Shown: piece by piece, positions 62,101-64,000 of the stretch | Numbering within the stretch: the stretch's first letter is position 1 | How the letters are laid out: the number at the start of each line of letters is the position of its first letter | DNA from: Nitrospirales bacterium | GTDB lineage: Bacteria; Nitrospirota; Nitrospiria; Nitrospirales; UBA8639 | Direction: 5' to 3' | NCBI GenBank assembly: GCA_965203295.1 | Contig: CBDBCZ010000016.1 | Location: forward strand, 256,001-320,000 | Length of the DNA: 64,000 nt | Translations under genes and position numbers: made by a program | The notes under the pieces: generated by a model | Seen by the model: only the letters and a program-made list of their open reading frames with translations | Database searches by the model: none | Told to the model about the DNA's origin: nothing

Positions 62101-64000
62101 TCCGAGAAGCTCCCACAACAGGGGGTGGTTGTGGAAGATGGGGCAGTCGAGTTGGATGATAGTGGAAGCCTTATCCTCACCATCCAGAATTACGGGTTGG
62201 CACCGATTTGCCTTGAAGAGGGGCTGGTCTTAGGCCGCCTCCAACCTGGGGAAGTTCTTCCACGTCGGGAAGAAGGGATGTCGGTAAGAGAGCCTGTAGC
62301 GATCGAGCGCCGATCTACCCAACCGGAGGATACCCCCCTTACAGAGGTATCAATTGCCGCAGTAACCGTGGAGCGCCAGAGGCAGTTACTAGAAGCAGTC
62401 CACATTGATGAAATGGACCTCCCTTCTGAGCAGTGTGTGCAGCTGTGTTCTCTTCTGGAGGAGTATGCTGACGTTTTTGCCCTGAGTTCGTCGGAGTTGG
62501 GATATACCGACCTAGTGAGTCATACTATTGACACCAATGGGCACCCTCCAATACGGCAGGCCCCGCGCCGCATACCATTCGCCTTGAGGGAGAAGGTTGA
62601 AGGAATGGTCGAGGAGATGTTGGAGCGAGGAGTGGTGCAGCCCTCGAAGAGTCCATGGGCCAGCCCAGTTGTGCTGGTGGCCAAGAAAGATGGGACCACC
62701 AGATTTTGTGTCGATTATCGACGACTGAATGCGAGTACCAAACTTGATGTTTTCCCACTCCCGCGGATTGATGATTCGCTGGATCTCCTGGCACATTCCC
62801 AATACTTCACCACCCTGGACCTGGCATCGGGCTATTGGCAGGTGGGCATGGATGACGACTCCAGAGAGAAGACTGCCTTTGTGACCCACTCAGGGCTGTT
62901 CGAGTTCTTAGTGATGCCCTTTGGGCTATGCAACGCTCCTGCCACCTTCCAGCGGCTTATGGAGACGGTCCTGGCTGGTCTAGCTCGTGATCGGTGTTTG
63001 GTGTACATTGATGACATCCTGGTGGTGGGGAAGACCTATGAAGAGCACTTGGAAAACCTGCGTTTGGTGTTGGCTCGTCTCCGACAGGCAGGGTTGAGAC
63101 TGAAGCCCACAAAGTGCTGTTTCCTGCAGCGGCAAGTGGAGTACCTCGGGTATGTGGTCTCAGGACAGGGGATCTCAGCGGACCCAAAGAAGGTATATGC
63201 CGTACGAGACTACCCAGTGCCAGCCGACCTTAGGTCCCTTCGCTCCTTCTTAGGACTGGCATCCTACTACCGGAGGTTCGTGGCCGGTTTTTCCAAGGTG
63301 GCTGGTCCCCTATTCACACTGACCCGCAAGGATGCTCCTTTCGTTTGGAGCCCTGAATGTCAGGAGGCATTTGATGCATTGAAGCGCATTCTGACTGAGG
63401 CACCGGTCCTAGCCTTTCCCGACTTCTCCAAAGAGTTTCTCCTGGAAACTGACGCGTCGGGTGCGGGTCTTGGTGCTGTACTCGCCCAGAAGCAGAATGA
63501 CGGAGGTGTTCGCCCAATTGCTTTTGCTAGTCGAACTCTGCAACCTCCCGAACGCAACTACGGGATCACAGAGCTTGAAGGACTTGGAGTGGTCTGGGCT
63601 GTGAAGCATTTCCGTCACTACCTCTACGGGCATCATTGCCAAGTCTTCACTGACCATGAGGCACTGAAGTCCTTGCTCAATACCCCACAGCCATCTGGGA
63701 AGCTGGCGAGGTGGGGCCTAGCCCTTCAGGAACTGGATCTGGAAATACACTACCGCCCTGGACGGGTCAACCAGAATGCGGATGCCCTTTCCAGATCTCC
63801 GGTGACCGACCCTCCCCCACTTCTTAACCCATCAGAAGTGATTGCCACAATTTCCGCCCCGGAAGCTAGTGCAAAGGAGGGGGACGCCACCCTTGGGGAG
63901 AAACAGAGATCTGACCCACAGCTGAGGAGGATTATTGACTACCTGACCCAAGGTGTGCTGCCACAGGACCATCACCAGGCACGAGAACTGGCCCTGAGCA
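59173..64000 (+). mobile_element. Ty3/gypsy LTR retrotransposon (5' LTR 59173-59389, PBS 59392-59409), truncated by the window edge
   Basis: LTR with TGTAGTGAC...GTCGCTACA inverted termini, and PBS TGGGGGCTTGTCCGGGAT complementary to the tRNA-Pro 3' end. A gag-pol ORF follows. Confidence 0.93.
59698..64000 (+). CDS. Gag-Pol polyprotein (single frame, open at the right edge)
   Basis: MSSTEALRVQLD... coiled coil, zinc knuckle CYTCGSTGHIARNC (~61213), protease ALLDTGS (~61546), RT RFCVDYR/LDLASGYWQ/VYIDDIL (63001) and RNase H TDASG (~63448), all in the same frame. Confidence 0.93.
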   Translation, partial: MSSTEALRVQLDNVQLEKQRLEVENARLRSERPEEARSVDAEAEAERLEAEAERLRGENERLLAEHQHMRGLYEQLLVDMQEQQAKASELEGQLQQVRAESHEEIGRLQAALEQQGAALQRERAEWEQRLELECLRSADAERRKWEAREERLVKQLGEAQRVGGRSEPQREERSLPSGQGPAMVASSRPPVSRVTFGDREASQTEESSTLAAASNGEESRSSPPRPAMPRLGEESQPPPTLTTTAIAEGEGLVADANPRGVQGHPMSPMTGLGVHPSFFSSALMAQQLPPLAKYSGESQEVGETFRDWLDQFEMVAAVCHWTENAKLVNLTTRLRGQAYAFYRSCPAPQKASYPILVRELTKRFTPVRLQAVQSSLFHERKQGPKESVDTYAQDLRRLFYRAYPKAQQGSSETEDMGRSVLSSQFVAGLLPVIKRKVAGVEGDMEQLLTRARFEEAKLKDLSESLPKAPQPRTHSSPNPSSAQDKPQREAPRPRGQQDRNSRPGQCYTCGSTGHIARNCRWRASRQPEEARGRPKQLESKVAAVSVPKGAQPQAGAKEGRESVAELRRKLQEAEVEEALSGAVATLHGVTTKEGFKEGRLGPIITSVVNFEGLPVKALLDTGSPVSIVSLELAVRALAKQRPPGQDPHDWKEDARARLQPPTLTLQSYGGGEINVVRQLQAVVSKGSRVVDALVQVQKGAPIDLLLGTDLLAQLGFEFLETGTDGAETVTDLLQGEQRPTPSRTGEHASFETGPCMVPTREGESLVPTVRLLHATRLPAQHGKFVRAQVEGPPEKALALFESEKLPQQGVVVEDGAVELDDSGSLILTIQNYGLAPICLEEGLVLGRLQPGEVLPRREEGMSVREPVAIERRSTQPEDTPLTEVSIAAVTVERQRQLLEAVHIDEMDLPSEQCVQLCSLLEEYADVFALSSSELGYTDLVSHTIDTNGHPPIRQAPRRIPFALREKVEGMVEEMLERGVVQPSKSPWASPVVLVAKKDGTTRFCVDYRRLNASTKLDVFPLPRIDDSLDLLAHSQYFTTLDLASGYWQVGMDDDSREKTAFVTHSGLFEFLVMPFGLCNAPATFQRLMETVLAGLARDRCLVYIDDILVVGKTYEEHLENLRLVLARLRQAGLRLKPTKCCFLQRQVEYLGYVVSGQGISADPKKVYAVRDYPVPADLRSLRSFLGLASYYRRFVAGFSKVAGPLFTLTRKDAPFVWSPECQEAFDALKRILTEAPVLAFPDFSKEFLLETDASGAGLGAVLAQKQNDGGVRPIAFASRTLQPPERNYGITELEGLGVVWAVKHFRHYLYGHHCQVFTDHEALKSLLNTPQPSGKLARWGLALQELDLEIHYRPGRVNQNADALSRSPVTDPPPLLNPSEVIATISAPEASAKEGDATLGEKQRSDPQLRRIIDYLTQGVLPQDHHQARELALS

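Noticed and set aside
59221..63657. Short ORFs overlapping the retrotransposon
   Set aside because: They are alternative-frame or antisense shadows of the GC-rich gag-pol region.

Overview
Intron-rich animal genomic DNA, not prokaryotic. An invertebrate, possibly a demosponge, is my inference from intron style and repeat content and is unverified. Splicing exons by hand gives seven host genes: mitochondrial Asn-tRNA synthetase NARS2 (-, runs off the left edge), a divergent Rab GTPase (+), a TMEM272-like PY-motif membrane protein (-), HMMR/RHAMM (-), a NuMA-like protein (+), RNF121 (-) and the first coding exon of NAA15/16 (+). An apparently intact Ty3/gypsy LTR retrotransposon follows and runs off the right edge. 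Introns carry many non-autonomous DNA transposons (TAG...CTA elements with 9-10 bp TSDs, plus pogo-, Kolobok-, MULE- and Ginger-like elements), two tRNA-derived SINE-like elements and micro/minisatellites. Highlights: (1) the spindle-pole genes HMMR and NuMA are head-to-head with start codons 148 bp apart, around CHR/CCAAT-like motifs; (2) the NuMA coiled coil is built from nine tandemly duplicated phase-0 exons of 53 or 46 aa; (3) a U12-type intron lies in the RNF121 RING domain; (4) the Rab has Met in place of the catalytic Gln.
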